The notes beneath the pieces are model-generated. The model searched no databases, was not told the origin of the DNA, and saw only the letters and a list, made by a program, of their open reading frames with translations. From positions 64,001 through 128,000 of the forward strand of contig CAWJTV010000009.1 of NCBI GenBank assembly GCA_963845755.1: a DNA stretch of 64,000 nucleotides. Reading direction: 5' to 3'. Shown here one piece after another: positions 32,520 to 43,547 of this stretch; the first letter of the stretch is position 1, and every line of letters begins with the position of its first letter. The position numbers were made by a program, and so were the translations under genes. This DNA comes from an uncultured Planctomycetota bacterium. GTDB lineage: Bacteria > Planctomycetota > Planctomycetia > Isosphaerales > Isosphaeraceae.

Positions 32520-32630
32520 CTTGACCTCCTCGGTGGCCTGGATCGATAACCTCGATCTTGAACTTAACCCGCCCATGGCGATCCGCCAAGCCTGCGCCTG
32601 TCCTGGCACTCGTTATGCCGCGACTTGCTC

Positions 32631-32676
32631 TTGACGAATTGACACTCGAAACTCACAATACCTACCGTTCGGTAGG
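32631..32676 (+). promoter_or_regulatory. Promoter and TetR-type operator of the efflux operon
   Basis: TTGACG-17-CACAAT followed by palindrome CCTACCG-TT-CGGTAGG (32661-32676) directly upstream of the TetR gene. Confidence 0.75.
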
Positions 32677-32720
32677 GTCGATGAGTCCAGGTCCTGGTTT
32701 AGACGGAAATCCGAGATACC

Positions 32721-33344
32721 ATGACGGCGGGCACGACGATCAAGAGCGAGATGAGCCCGGTGGCGCGGCATATCGCACGCGTTGCCGCAAAATTTTTTGC
32801 TGACCGGGGTTACGACGCGACATCGATCCGGGAGATCGTCGAGGCGGCGGGGGTGGCCAAGCCGACGCTCTACTACTATTTCGGGAGCAAGGAAGGGTTG
32901 GCACAGGCGCTCCTGACGGTGCCGCTGAGCGGTCTGGCCGCGAGCCTGCGACAGCTCGTGACGACCGTGGAGGAGCCGATTCGCTGCCTGGAAGAGGTGA
33001 TGGAGGCGCAATACGCCTTCTGCCGGGAGGATCCGGATCGGGCTCGGTTCATTTACGCCCTGCTCTTCGGCCCGCTGGGCTCGGAGGTGGCCAGCGAGCT
33101 GGAGCCGTTCAAGGCCGACCTGTTCGAGTCGACCGCGGCGGCGGTGCGGCGGCTGGCGGATGCGGGCATCGTGTCGCGCGAACGGGTCGAAGCGTGCTCT
33201 TCGGCCTGCCGGGGGCTGATCGTCATCTCGACGCTGGATTACCTGTACGGCGAGAAGGCTTTGGGGCAAGAACTGGCACATCGCCAGGTGAAGGACTTGT
33301 TGTGTGGTTTGGCGAGTCATTCGATCTCTGACGACATGGGATGA
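32721..33344 (+). CDS. TetR/AcrR family transcriptional regulator
   Basis: FADRGYDATSIREIVEAAGVAKPTLYYYFGSKEGL HTH signature. Confidence 0.95.
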   Translation: MTAGTTIKSEMSPVARHIARVAAKFFADRGYDATSIREIVEAAGVAKPTLYYYFGSKEGLAQALLTVPLSGLAASLRQLVTTVEEPIRCLEEVMEAQYAFCREDPDRARFIYALLFGPLGSEVASELEPFKADLFESTAAAVRRLADAGIVSRERVEACSSACRGLIVISTLDYLYGEKALGQELAHRQVKDLLCGLASHSISDDMG

Positions 33345-33347
33345 TCA

Positions 33348-34670
33348 ATGATCACTTTGAGAAAATCCACGCTCTGGCAAGGATTGCTGGGCGCGGTCCT
33401 TGCGCCGTCGGTCGCGGGGTGCGGTTCGATGGGGGCGGAGCCGGCGGCTCGGGCCTCGACCGCCGCGAAGGATGTGCCAGTCACCGTCGCGGCACTTGAG
33501 CGCCGGCCGATCGAGCGGACTGTAGACGTCATCGGCACGCTCCGCGGATGGGAGCAGGTGACCGTTGGTACCAAGCGATCTGGGCGGGTCGTCAAGGTCT
33601 ATCACGACATGGGCGACCGGGTCGAGCCCGGCGCGCCGCTGGTCGAGCTGGAAGCCATCGACGCCAAGCTGGCCGTCGAGGAAGCCGAATCCAAGTACCT
33701 CGGCGCTCTGGTCAAACTCGGCATCACCAAGCGTCAGGCCGCCGAGTTCGTCAAGACCTACGGCATCAGCGAAGAACTGCTCTATAACCGCGTGACCGCC
33801 GAGGCCATCACCAAAATCCCGTCGGTCATTGAGAAGCAGGTGGCCCGGGACAAGGCCCACCAGAACCTGTTGCGCCAGCGCACCCTCACCCAACGCGGCG
33901 CGGGTACGACGCAAGAGCTCAATGACACCGAGAACGAATCGCGCACCGCGGTCGCCGCGTACGAGAACGCGCTCGGCGCGGCTCGAATCGTGATCGCCGA
34001 CGCCATCTCGGCCAAGGTGGAGCTGAGCAAGGCGGAGCAGGCGTTCAAGGACATGACGATCCGAGCCCCGCAGCCGAGGCTGTTGCCGCCGTCGTTGACC
34101 CGGACCAGCCGGATCACCTATGGCATCACCCGGCGACAGGTCTCCGAGGGGCAGATCCTCAAGGAGGGGGAGGCCGTCGCCGAGATGGTCATCGAGGACC
34201 CCCTGCGCCTCCGGACCCAGGTCCCCGAACAGTATGCCGACGAGGTTCGCACCGGACAGCTCGTCCGGCTCTCCGCGCGGTCGCATCGCGGGATGACTTT
34301 CGAGGGGCGGGTCTCCCGCATCAGCCCGTCGGTCGACCCGTCCAACCGCACGTTCCAGGTAGAAACCCTGGTCCCGAACGAGCGCGGGCTGCTCCGGCCC
34401 GGCGGATTGGCCAGCGCCTCGATCGTCACCGACGCGCAGGCCAAGGCCGCCGTCGTCCCGTTCGAATCGATCGTCCACTTCGCCGGGGTCACCAAGCTCT
34501 TCCTGGTCGAGGACGGCAAGGCACGAGCGATCAACGATATCAAGACCGGCAAGGAAGGACGCGGCTGGGTCGAGATCGTCAGCCCTCAGCTCCCGGCGAC
34601 CGCCGCCGTCATCACCACCGGCCAATCCCAGCTCGCCGACGGCACCCCGGTCGCGGTCCGCATGCCGTAG
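33348..34670 (+). CDS. RND efflux periplasmic adaptor subunit (lipoprotein)
   Basis: VAGC lipobox, SGRVVKVYHDMGDRVEPG, FEGRVSRISPSVDPSNRTF, GLLRPG. Confidence 0.92.
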   Translation: MITLRKSTLWQGLLGAVLAPSVAGCGSMGAEPAARASTAAKDVPVTVAALERRPIERTVDVIGTLRGWEQVTVGTKRSGRVVKVYHDMGDRVEPGAPLVELEAIDAKLAVEEAESKYLGALVKLGITKRQAAEFVKTYGISEELLYNRVTAEAITKIPSVIEKQVARDKAHQNLLRQRTLTQRGAGTTQELNDTENESRTAVAAYENALGAARIVIADAISAKVELSKAEQAFKDMTIRAPQPRLLPPSLTRTSRITYGITRRQVSEGQILKEGEAVAEMVIEDPLRLRTQVPEQYADEVRTGQLVRLSARSHRGMTFEGRVSRISPSVDPSNRTFQVETLVPNERGLLRPGGLASASIVTDAQAKAAVVPFESIVHFAGVTKLFLVEDGKARAINDIKTGKEGRGWVEIVSPQLPATAAVITTGQSQLADGTPVAVRMP

Positions 34671-34920
34671 GGTGCTCGGTGAACACCAATCCTCATTGGG
34701 TGCTCTGTACTACGAACTTCGAGAATCTTGTTCCCCGTGCACGATTTCATAACGTCTCGAGGTACAAGAGGTTGGGTCGGCAGAAGGCATCGAAAAATTC
34801 TTCTCTGAGCCCTCTGTGACTCTGTGGGGAGTCTCTTTTGATTGGTTGGTTGCGGCTCGGCCGCACTGTGAGCACCAAGTCGGCCCGGCCACGAAGAACG
34901 GTGCTCACAGAGCACCCTAC
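34667..34920. repeat. GTAGGGTGCTC-type REP cluster interrupted by a ~160-bp insert
   Basis: GTAGGGTGCTCGGTGAACACC ... GGTGCTCACAGAGCACCCTAC; an internal REP is split at CTGT (34705-34708 / 34866-34869). Confidence 0.7.
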
Positions 34921-34932
34921 TGGACCATTCCT

Positions 34933-37900
34933 ATGACCATATCCGACATCTGTATCAAACGCCCGGTCTTCACCTGGGTCCTGGTCGCGATCCCGGTGGT
35001 ACTGGGCCTGGTCTCGTACGGCGAGCTGGGTGTCAACCTCTTCCCGGACGTCGACTTCCCGGTCTGTACCGTGACCACGGTGCTGCCGGGGGCCAGCGTC
35101 GAGGAGATGGAGACCACCGTCACCAAGCCGATCGAGGACATCATCAACACGGTCTCGGGCATCGACGAGCTGCGCTCGATCACGACGGAGGGCGTCTCGA
35201 TCGTGACGGTGCAGTTCCTGCTGTCGAAGGACGGGGACGTGGGGACGCAGGAGGTCCGGGACAAGGTCAACACGATCCTCGCGGACCTGCCGGACGGGAC
35301 CGATCCCCCCATCGTCGACAAGTTCGACACCGGCACGATGCCGGTGATGACGATCGCGGTGTCGGGGCGCCGCGACTTCCGGGAGGTGACCGAGCTGGCT
35401 CGCCGGCAGATCAAGGAACGGCTCGAGACGGTCAACGGCGTCGGGGCCATCAGCCTGGTCGGCGGCCGGGTGCGCGCGATGAACATCGTCCTCGAGACCG
35501 AGAGCCTGGCGGGATACGACCTCTCGGTCGAGGAGGTCCGACAGGCGTTGTTGCGCCAGAACCTCGAAGTCCCCGGCGGCCGCGTCGATCAGGGCTCGCG
35601 CGAACTGGTGCTCCGCACCCTGGGACGGCTCAAGACCGAGCGCGAGTTCAACGACCTGATCATCGCGAATCGCGACGGCTATCCGATTCGCATCCGCGAC
35701 GTCGGCCGCGCCGAGGATTCGTTCGAAGAGCCGCGGTCCGCGGCGCGGCTCGACGGCGTCAATGCTGTCAGCCTCGTCGTCCAGAAACAATCGGGGGTCA
35801 ACACGGTCCGGGTCGTCGAGGACGTGAAGGCCAAGTTGGGCCACCTCCGTGCCGCGCTGCCGCCCGACATCCACACCGAGGTCATTCGCGACCAGTCGCG
35901 GTTCATCAAGAAATCGATCGAGGAGGTGAAATTTCATCTCCTGCTCGCCGCCCTGCTGGTGTCGGCCACCATCCTGCTGTTCATCCGCGACTGGCGGACG
36001 ACCTTGATCGCCACGATGGCCATCCCCACGTCGATCATCCCGACCTTCGTGTTCATGAAATACATGGGCTTCACGCTCAACAACATCACGATGCTCGGGC
36101 TGATCCTGGCCATCGGCATCGTGATCGACGACGCGGTCGTCGTCCACGAGAACATCTTCCGGCACATGGAAGAGGACGGGATGGACGGGATGTCGGCGTC
36201 TCGGAAGGGGACGCGCGAGATCGCCCTGGCCGTGCTGGCAACCAGCCTCTCACTGGTGGTCATCTTCCTGCCGATCGCGTTCATGGGCGGGATCGTCGGG
36301 CGATTCTTCTCCAGCTTCGGGCTGACCGTCGCCTTCGCCGTGATGATGAGCCTGTTCGTCTCGTTCACGCTGACCCCGATGCTCTGCAGCCGGTTCCTCA
36401 AGCTCGAGCCGGTGGAGCCCGGACACGGGACTCATCGGCCCAGGTCGAAATCCGGCTTCGTATACCGGTTCATCGACGGCGCCTATGGCCTGGTGCTCCG
36501 GTCGGCGTTGCGTCACAAGTTCCTCGTCGTACTCCTGACCTTCGTGGTCATCGCCGGCACGGTCCCGATCGGCCGGATCATGGGCGTCTCGTTGATCCCT
36601 CGCGACGACCAGAGCGAGTACGAGATCACCGTGACGACCCCCGAAGGCTACAGCCTGGAGCGGAGCGGTAAGCTCCTGGCCGAGCTCGAGGCGCGGATCT
36701 GGCGGCTCTCGGGGACCCAGCACGTCTTCACGACCGTCGGCCAGACCGAAGGCGGTCGCGTGGTCAAGGGCGAGGGCGACGTCACCCGCGCGACGATCTA
36801 TGTCCGGATCACGGACCTCGAGGAGCGCGAGTCCGCGACCAAGGTTCGCGGCTGGTGGGACCTGCCGGGCCAGGTGCGCCGATTCTGGAACGGTCCCCGG
36901 ATCAACCAGTTCGCCGTCCAGAATGAGGCGCGTCAGTTCCTCGAGGACTATCCCGACCTGCGCGTGAGCGTCAACGACGTCTCGCCGTTCCAGGGCGGTC
37001 GACGGGCCCAGACCTTCCAGGTCAACCTCGCAGGTCCCGACTTGAACACCTTGTCGGAATACGCCGCACCAGCTCATCGTCAAGCTGAAACAGGAAGGCG
37101 GACTGGTCGACCTGGACACGACCCTGTCGCTCCGCAAGCCCGAAGTGCAGGTGATCGTCGACCGCGAGGCGGCCAGCGACCTCGGCGTGCCGGTCGGGAC
37201 CATCGCCGACTCGCTCCGGGTCCTGGTCGGCGGCTTGCCCGTCTCCAAGTTCCGCGACGGGGACCAGCAGTATGACGTCTGGCTCCGGGCCGAGTCCGGC
37301 GACCGAGGGACCCACCAGGATCTCTACCAGATCACCTTTCCTTCGCCGACCGTGGGGCTGGTCAAGCTGGCCAGCCTGGCCAAGCTCGTCGAGGACCGCG
37401 GGCCGACGGAGATCGAACGACTCGGCCGCGAGCGGATCGTCACGGTCCTCGGCAACCCCGAGGGCATCGCGCTGGGCGATGCGGTCGATCGCGCCGAGCG
37501 AATCTTGAAATCGATGAACCTGCCGCCCCAGTATTCCTATGTCTTCACCGGGCAGGCCAAGACCCTGGGTGAGACGGGCTATTACTTCCTGATCGCGTTC
37601 ACCCTGTCGATCGTCTTCATGTACCTGATCCTGGCCGCCCAGTTCGAGAGCTGGATGCAGCCGATCGCCATCCTGATGGCCTTGCCCGTGACCATCCCCT
37701 TCGGCATGCTCTCGCTGGTCTTGTTCCGGACGCCGATGGACCTCTACGCGATGTTCGGCCTGTTCATGCTGGTCGGCATCGTCAAGAAGAACGGCATCCT
37801 CCAGGTCGACGCCACCAACCAGCTCCGGGCCAAGGGTTATCCGCGTCGGGACGCGATCCTCGAGGCCAATCACACCCGGCTGCGGCCGATCCTGATGACG

Positions 37901-38205
37901 ACGGTGATGCTGGTCGCGGCCATGGTCCCCATCGCGCTGGGACAGGGCCCGGCGCCGGTGCGCGGGCCAGCATGGCCAAGGTGATCATCGGCGGCCAGAT
38001 GCTCTCCCTGGTCCTGGCGCTGCTGGTGACTCCCGTGTTCTACTCGCTCCTCGACACGATGACCAACCTGGCGCGACGGCTGGGCATTCGATTCTCGGTC
38101 GAGCCGGCCCCGAGGGTCGCGACCCATCCCCATCTCGTGCCCACGAGGAACGGCGAACACAACGGGAGCGATGTGGAAACCGAGACCGCCGGGCATTACT
38201 CTTGA
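34933..38205 (+). CDS. RND efflux permease (AcrB/AcrD/AcrF family); frameshifts near 37067 and 37950
   Basis: ISDICIKRPVF, GIVIDDAVVVHENI, SFTLTPMLCSRFL, LAAQFES, GIVKKNGIL, RLRPILMTT across three ORFs. Confidence 0.93.
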
Positions 38206-38250
38206 GTCGTCCCGGAGGGCATCGGATTCATCCGATCCCGTCGCATCGCC

Positions 38251-39105
38251 TCAACGGCGTCGGCTCTGCGCCGCTTGCGCGCGATCTCGCGCAACGACCG
38301 GACGGCCCGATGATGCCTGGGGGCTTCGCGTCTGGGCGACCACCTGAGAGAACCGCTGCTTGGTCTGGGTATCGATCGCCGCGTGATTGTTCACGACCTG
38401 GCTGGCCCAGTTCGGGTAGGTGGTGACGAGCCGGCTCATCAGCGAGACGAAATAGCCGGCCTCCTTGACCTGTTCTTCCAGGATCCGCTCGACCACCGGC
38501 CGCAAGGGCCGGGCGACGGTCTTCCATCCCTTCGAGTCGACCTTCACGAACGCGTCGATGTTGTGCTGGACCCACGGCGCGTGGTTGCTGTCCTGGTAAT
38601 ACGAGGTGTTCACGACCAGGATGATCCGGGCCTCGACCCGGGCATTGCCGTGGGGGCTGACATAATTCAAGTGTCCCAGCAGGACATGCATGCGGGGCGA
38701 GCGGAGCACGAACTCCCAGGCGGCCGTCGCGCCCGACCCATCCGTGCCCTCATATCGGTTCGGCGCCACCTTCTGGAGCTGGACCGGCGCGTCGCTCAGG
38801 TCTTTCCAGAGGGCCAGGGTCACCGCCGGCTCGTTGACGAGGCTCAGGTACAGGCTCGACGGGCAAGAAAACGAGTCCGGCTCGCCCTGGCGATGGAAGG
38901 TGTGGTCGCGGATGACCTCCGAAACCGTCTCGCGATGCTCTTGCCCGATCTGATCGAGGGGTACGATCTGGGCCGGATCGATGCGACGAGTGCCGAGACC
39001 GGCCCGGACCGGGCACGTCGTCAGCCCCAGCGCGACCATCATGGCCATCGCAACCGGCATATTCTTCCCAGCAGTCGGAAATCGGCGGACTACCATCCCG
39101 ATCAT
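38251..39105 (-). CDS. Hypothetical exported protein
   Basis: Signal-like N-terminus, globular body with GC3-biased codons, GGAG RBS before ATG 39105; no family recognised. Confidence 0.75.
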   Translation of the reverse strand: MIGMVVRRFPTAGKNMPVAMAMMVALGLTTCPVRAGLGTRRIDPAQIVPLDQIGQEHRETVSEVIRDHTFHRQGEPDSFSCPSSLYLSLVNEPAVTLALWKDLSDAPVQLQKVAPNRYEGTDGSGATAAWEFVLRSPRMHVLLGHLNYVSPHGNARVEARIILVVNTSYYQDSNHAPWVQHNIDAFVKVDSKGWKTVARPLRPVVERILEEQVKEAGYFVSLMSRLVTTYPNWASQVVNNHAAIDTQTKQRFSQVVAQTRSPQASSGRPVVARDRAQAAQSRRR

Positions 39106-39600
39106 GGACGACTCCGTCGTAGTGAGGACGCGTTCCTCCGCGCGGCGGCGGTAGGAACTCCGCTCCCGCCCCACGCGCCCGCCATTTTCGTTACCATTCT
39201 CTGATCGGATTCTCGGACTCGTTTCCTGACATCCCGCGCGACCCGATCGATTTCGATTTCCGAGCCCGCTATTCCTCAAGATCCACGCGATCGTCCAACC
39301 GTCGGAATGCGGACGCGGTTCCCGCCTCGGCCGTCGGCCGGTTCCCTGCCGGCCCAGCCGTTGAGGAATTCCCGGCTCCGCCGCAGTCGCTCGAACGTCG
39401 TGCGCACGAATCGCGTCCGAAATTGCTGTCGAAGCCTGTGTTAAGGCGATCAGACACTTCAACGGAACGCGACGCGTTTTCCCGTATCTCGAAGGAATTC
39501 CCCCGAATCGGGACCGGGTCCAGGATCCCCCCGTTTACGCGATCCGCCGACGCGGATAGGCTGGATCATGGAGTCCCCGCGGCGATCCCATCGATCTCGA

Positions 39601-40776
39601 ATGAACAGCCAGAGGACCGTGTCCTTGAAGACGACCACGACGCGGCTTTGGCCGGTATGTGGCATCACGGCGGGTGCCGCCGCGATGGCCGTCATGCTGG
39701 CCGTATCGTTGATCTCGGCGGGTTGCGATTCCAACTCGTTCGCCCCACCGCCGCCCCCGGAATTGAAAGTGCCGGCCAGGCCGGGTTTCGCGGCCACCTA
39801 CGAGGGTGCAGGCAGCGCGGCGTCATCCTCCGTCCCGTCCGTGGGAAAGCCTGCGAGTCGGAGTGTGCGGATCGTGGAATTGATCCTGGCCCGGCCGGCA
39901 AATGACGACCGCGTTTACTTGGACCATCTCCTCCGCCAGGACCTCGCAACGTTCCGGATTCCCGTTCGGCTCACCCAGCCCGATCCACAGAAGCGGTCGT
40001 CGCCCGAAGACCTGGCCGGCGCGATCCGTGCCGCCGTCAGCCGGGGCGTCGCGGGCTTGGTGGTTGAGCCCACCGAGGATGAGGTGGTGGTCAACGCCCT
40101 CTACGAGGCCGTCGGCCGGGGCGTCGCGGTCCTCCTGCTCGATCGGCCCGTCCCCGCTCGCGGCGGCAAGTCGATCCCCTTGATCGAGTACACCGCATTC
40201 GACGACGTGGGGCGGCAGCTCGTAACGGCCGCCCTGGAGGCGGGCCCGAGCTTCAAGCCAGCCAGGCCCGGGCGGATCATCATCCTCCACCACCGCTCAG
40301 ACGACCCGTATCTCGAACGCGGCTTCCAGTCGCTGGTCGGACCCTGTCGGACGGCCGGCAAGCCGATGGAGATCCTCGAATTCGACGGGAACGCCGAGCA
40401 AGGGATGGCGGTGATGAAGAAGTCGCTGGAGGCCGATCCCGGTCTGGAAATCCTCCTGGTCGACGATGCAGTCGGCGTCTCCGTCGGTTTCCGTATCCAC
40501 TTTGATCGGATCAAATCCAACGGCGCTGGATTCGTGCTCGCGGGCTACCTCTCCAACGATTACCGGAGCAGCACGTTCCTCGATCTCATGTACGCCATGG
40601 GCGATCGCTCGGTCCAATCCTATGCGTCGAAGACGTCCCTGGCGATCCGGAGTCTGATGGAGTCCAGGGCGGTGGGAGATGTGGTCGAAGTCCCCATCAC
40701 ATTCCGCCAAAGGTCAACGAACCCTAACCCTACCTCCAAGGCGATAGAAGCTCCCCCTACGGCACGGAAGCCGTAA
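39601..40776 (+). CDS. Periplasmic sugar-binding-protein-like (type I SBP fold) lipoprotein
   Basis: SAGC lipobox plus proline linker; AIRAAVSRGVAGLVVEP..EAVGRGVAVLLLDRPV resembles RbsB-type proteins; start uncertain. Confidence 0.7.
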   Translation: MNSQRTVSLKTTTTRLWPVCGITAGAAAMAVMLAVSLISAGCDSNSFAPPPPPELKVPARPGFAATYEGAGSAASSSVPSVGKPASRSVRIVELILARPANDDRVYLDHLLRQDLATFRIPVRLTQPDPQKRSSPEDLAGAIRAAVSRGVAGLVVEPTEDEVVVNALYEAVGRGVAVLLLDRPVPARGGKSIPLIEYTAFDDVGRQLVTAALEAGPSFKPARPGRIIILHHRSDDPYLERGFQSLVGPCRTAGKPMEILEFDGNAEQGMAVMKKSLEADPGLEILLVDDAVGVSVGFRIHFDRIKSNGAGFVLAGYLSNDYRSSTFLDLMYAMGDRSVQSYASKTSLAIRSLMESRAVGDVVEVPITFRQRSTNPNPTSKAIEAPPTARKP

Positions 40777-40800
40777 TGGCTGACCGCTGGGCGACGTCCG

Positions 40801-40820
40801 GACGCCCGCCGGCGGGCGTC
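40801..40820. terminator. GC-rich palindrome downstream of SBP gene
   Basis: GACGCCCGCC-GGCGGGCGTC perfect palindrome; no U-tract. Confidence 0.35.
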
Positions 40821-41150
40821 CCGGAGAGTGTCTTGCTCATCTACCCACCAGGGTCTGACCTATCGTATTGCTTCCCACGTGATGGAACGCGTAGGATTCT
40901 TTGGTTGGATGCACGTTGGTCCGGATCGCAAATCCCTGGCTGAGGTTGGTCGTCCGCGGGTGATCGGACAGAATGATGTCGATTTGCGTGGTTTTCTGAT
41001 CAGCCGAATCCGAGCCGATCACCGATGGCGGCTCCAACGGAGTCTTGCCCTACCGGTCAAGTTTCCACAATCCTTCGAATCATGCGAGGTCACATCCCGT
41101 CTCCGCGATCAGCGATTTCGCCCACTATTACGGGGAGGACGGCCTTGACG

Positions 41151-43070
41151 ATGGTGACTCCGCGCAAGCTCGGCCCGCTCGACGTGCTCGTCCTCTCGGT
41201 TTGGTGTGGCCTCGCTGGCGGGTTGCTCGAAGTGGGGACGGTCGTCTTCTGCAAGCTCCTGCCAGGCCACCGAATGTATGGGATGAGCCGGCATTTCCTT
41301 TGGATGGCACCGCTATCTAATCTGGTGCTCTTTGCCGGAATTGGCTTGCTCCTGGCGGTGTCGACAAGATTCTGGCCTCGTCACGGAGGATGGTTTTCCT
41401 CCCGGCTGATCGGTTTCTTGGTGGTCTTGCCCCTGCTCGTCGTGATGAGCACCAGGATCTATTCGTGGGCCTGGGCGATCCTGGCATTCGGCATCGCGTC
41501 GCGTCTGATGCCGATCGTCGAACAACGTCCGACCGAGGCCCGGCGCTGGCAGATACGGAGTCTCCCGGCCCTCCTCGGTATCGTCGTGGTTCTTTGGGGT
41601 GGCGTGTCGGGAAGAGACTGGCTCAAGCAGCGGCACGAGGTGAGCCGTCCTTTACCTTCCGGCGATCCCCCGAACGTGCTCCTGATCGTACTGGACACGG
41701 TTCGCGCCGACCGTCTGAGTCTCTACGGTTACCAGCGTCCGACCAGCCCGACACTCGAACGGCTGGCCAAGCGGGGTATCCGCTTTGAGAAGGCGCGCGC
41801 GACCGCCCCGTGGACCCTCCCCTCCCACGCAAGCATGTTTACCGGCCGCTGGCCCCATGAACTCGATGTGAACTGGAACACGCGGCTGGGGACGAAGTAC
41901 CCCACCTTGGCGGAGTATCTGGGTTCCCGCGGTTATGCGACCGCGGGATTCGCCGCCAATGTCCAATACTGCTCGTATGAATTCGGCCTGGACCGGGGCT
42001 TCACTCATTACGAGGACTATGTCCTCGAATCCATGACTCCTTTGCGGATGTGTTCTCTGGGTGACCTCGTTCTGAAAACAGCCTCTCGCTTGGGTTGGAC
42101 ACTGAGCGCGAGCCTGGGCCCACTCCCTTTTCTTCCCCATCAAGACTCCCCAATCTGGCGGATCCTGGCCAGCGATCCCAAGATCGATGCGGGCTCAATC
42201 AATCGCGAGTTCTTGGATTGGTTGTCGCAACGGCGCGAGCCGGGACGTCCGTTCTTCGCCTTCCTCAACTACCTTGACGCCCATTCCACGTACCTGCTTC
42301 CTCGGGGCACGCCATACCGCTTTGGACGGCCACCCAAGACCGAAGCCGAGGTCCAGGTCCTCGTCAACTGGATCACCCTCGACAAGGTCATGCTGCCCCC
42401 CGATTACCTGAACATGGTTCGAGATTGCTACGATAGTTGTCTGGGTTACCTGGACGAGCAGTTGGATAAGCTGTTCAGCGAGCTGAAGCGTCGTGGCGTC
42501 CTCGGCCGCACACTTGTGATCGTCACCGCCGATCACGGCGAAGGACTCGGAGAGCATGGCCTGTTTTTCCACGGCGAGACGCTTTACCGCACGGAGACGC
42601 GCGTACCGCTCTTGGTTGTTCCGCCTGCGTACAACCAGTCCGTCGTCGTCAGCAATACCATTAGCCTTCGTGACCTTCCGGCGACCATCGCGGACTTGAC
42701 TGGCCAGGGAACCGGGGCGCCGTTTCCAGGCCGGTCGCTGGTCAGACTTTGGCAGGATTCGCGCACAGGCGATCCGGCTCTCGACGGGGAAGGAGCGATC
42801 TCGGAACTGGCGAGCCCCAATCCGTATGATCCGAATCAAGGTCGGTCGCCCGTACATCGGGGTGCGTTGGTGTCAATCGCTGAAGGCGATTACGTTTACA
42901 TTCGCAACGAAGGTGACAACGGCGAGGAACTCTTCAATGAGCACGACGATCCGAATGAGTTCGACAATCGTGCTCAGTTTGACACCACGCATGATGTCAA
43001 GGAACGGCTTCGGACGCATCTCGACCGGATAAGAACTGGTCTCGGCGTGTCGCCGAATCGTCGCCCGTGA
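41151..43070 (+). CDS. Multi-TM sulfatase-like alkaline-phosphatase-superfamily protein (copy 1)
   Basis: About 5 N-terminal TM segments; PNVLLIVLDTVRAD, WTLPSHASMFTG, FLNYLDAH, TADHGE..GEHG..FHG. Confidence 0.9.
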   Translation: MVTPRKLGPLDVLVLSVWCGLAGGLLEVGTVVFCKLLPGHRMYGMSRHFLWMAPLSNLVLFAGIGLLLAVSTRFWPRHGGWFSSRLIGFLVVLPLLVVMSTRIYSWAWAILAFGIASRLMPIVEQRPTEARRWQIRSLPALLGIVVVLWGGVSGRDWLKQRHEVSRPLPSGDPPNVLLIVLDTVRADRLSLYGYQRPTSPTLERLAKRGIRFEKARATAPWTLPSHASMFTGRWPHELDVNWNTRLGTKYPTLAEYLGSRGYATAGFAANVQYCSYEFGLDRGFTHYEDYVLESMTPLRMCSLGDLVLKTASRLGWTLSASLGPLPFLPHQDSPIWRILASDPKIDAGSINREFLDWLSQRREPGRPFFAFLNYLDAHSTYLLPRGTPYRFGRPPKTEAEVQVLVNWITLDKVMLPPDYLNMVRDCYDSCLGYLDEQLDKLFSELKRRGVLGRTLVIVTADHGEGLGEHGLFFHGETLYRTETRVPLLVVPPAYNQSVVVSNTISLRDLPATIADLTGQGTGAPFPGRSLVRLWQDSRTGDPALDGEGAISELASPNPYDPNQGRSPVHRGALVSIAEGDYVYIRNEGDNGEELFNEHDDPNEFDNRAQFDTTHDVKERLRTHLDRIRTGLGVSPNRRP

Positions 43071-43547
43071 TGATTATCGCCCGCTCCCATTCCCTGAGAA
43101 CATCATGTGATGTGATCGACTCAGTCCGAGCAGACTCCTGATTCATCCGCTGATGGAACCGTGCTGGGGTCCGCGCCCGGCGGAGTGACTGGCTGTTCCA
43201 GAATGCTGAAAGCCTGTCCCCCTCGATGAATCGATCGGTCGGATGCCCCGCATCAACGCCGGACGAGCCTTTGTCCGTCTCGATTGCCTCCTCGTGCATC
43301 GATTCTGCGTTTGATGCTGGTCGGCGAGATCGCATCAGCGCTCGCACAATATCTTGCGACGAATGAATCGCCCTTCACGCCATCCGCATGTTCGTGATTA
43401 CGGGTCTGACGGAGAATGCTCTCGACTTCAGGAGCGATGCAGAAGGACCTTGATCTCTGAAATCCTTGGTCGCTGTGGATGACGAATGCGATCGCCCAGA
43501 TTCTTAGAGTCTTCCTCCGTAGGCTCCCTGCGCCGTCCGCGCCTCTG

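Noticed and set aside
34740..34810. Possible degenerate GxxExxY gene 3' end inside the REP insert
   Set aside because: Similarity needs several corrections and is too short to support.
43070..43500. ORFs or ncRNA in the intergenic stretch after sulfatase-like copy 1 (also 8650-8980, 9780-10180, 39110-39560)
   Set aside because: No coding bias, recognisable motif or convincing structure by eye.
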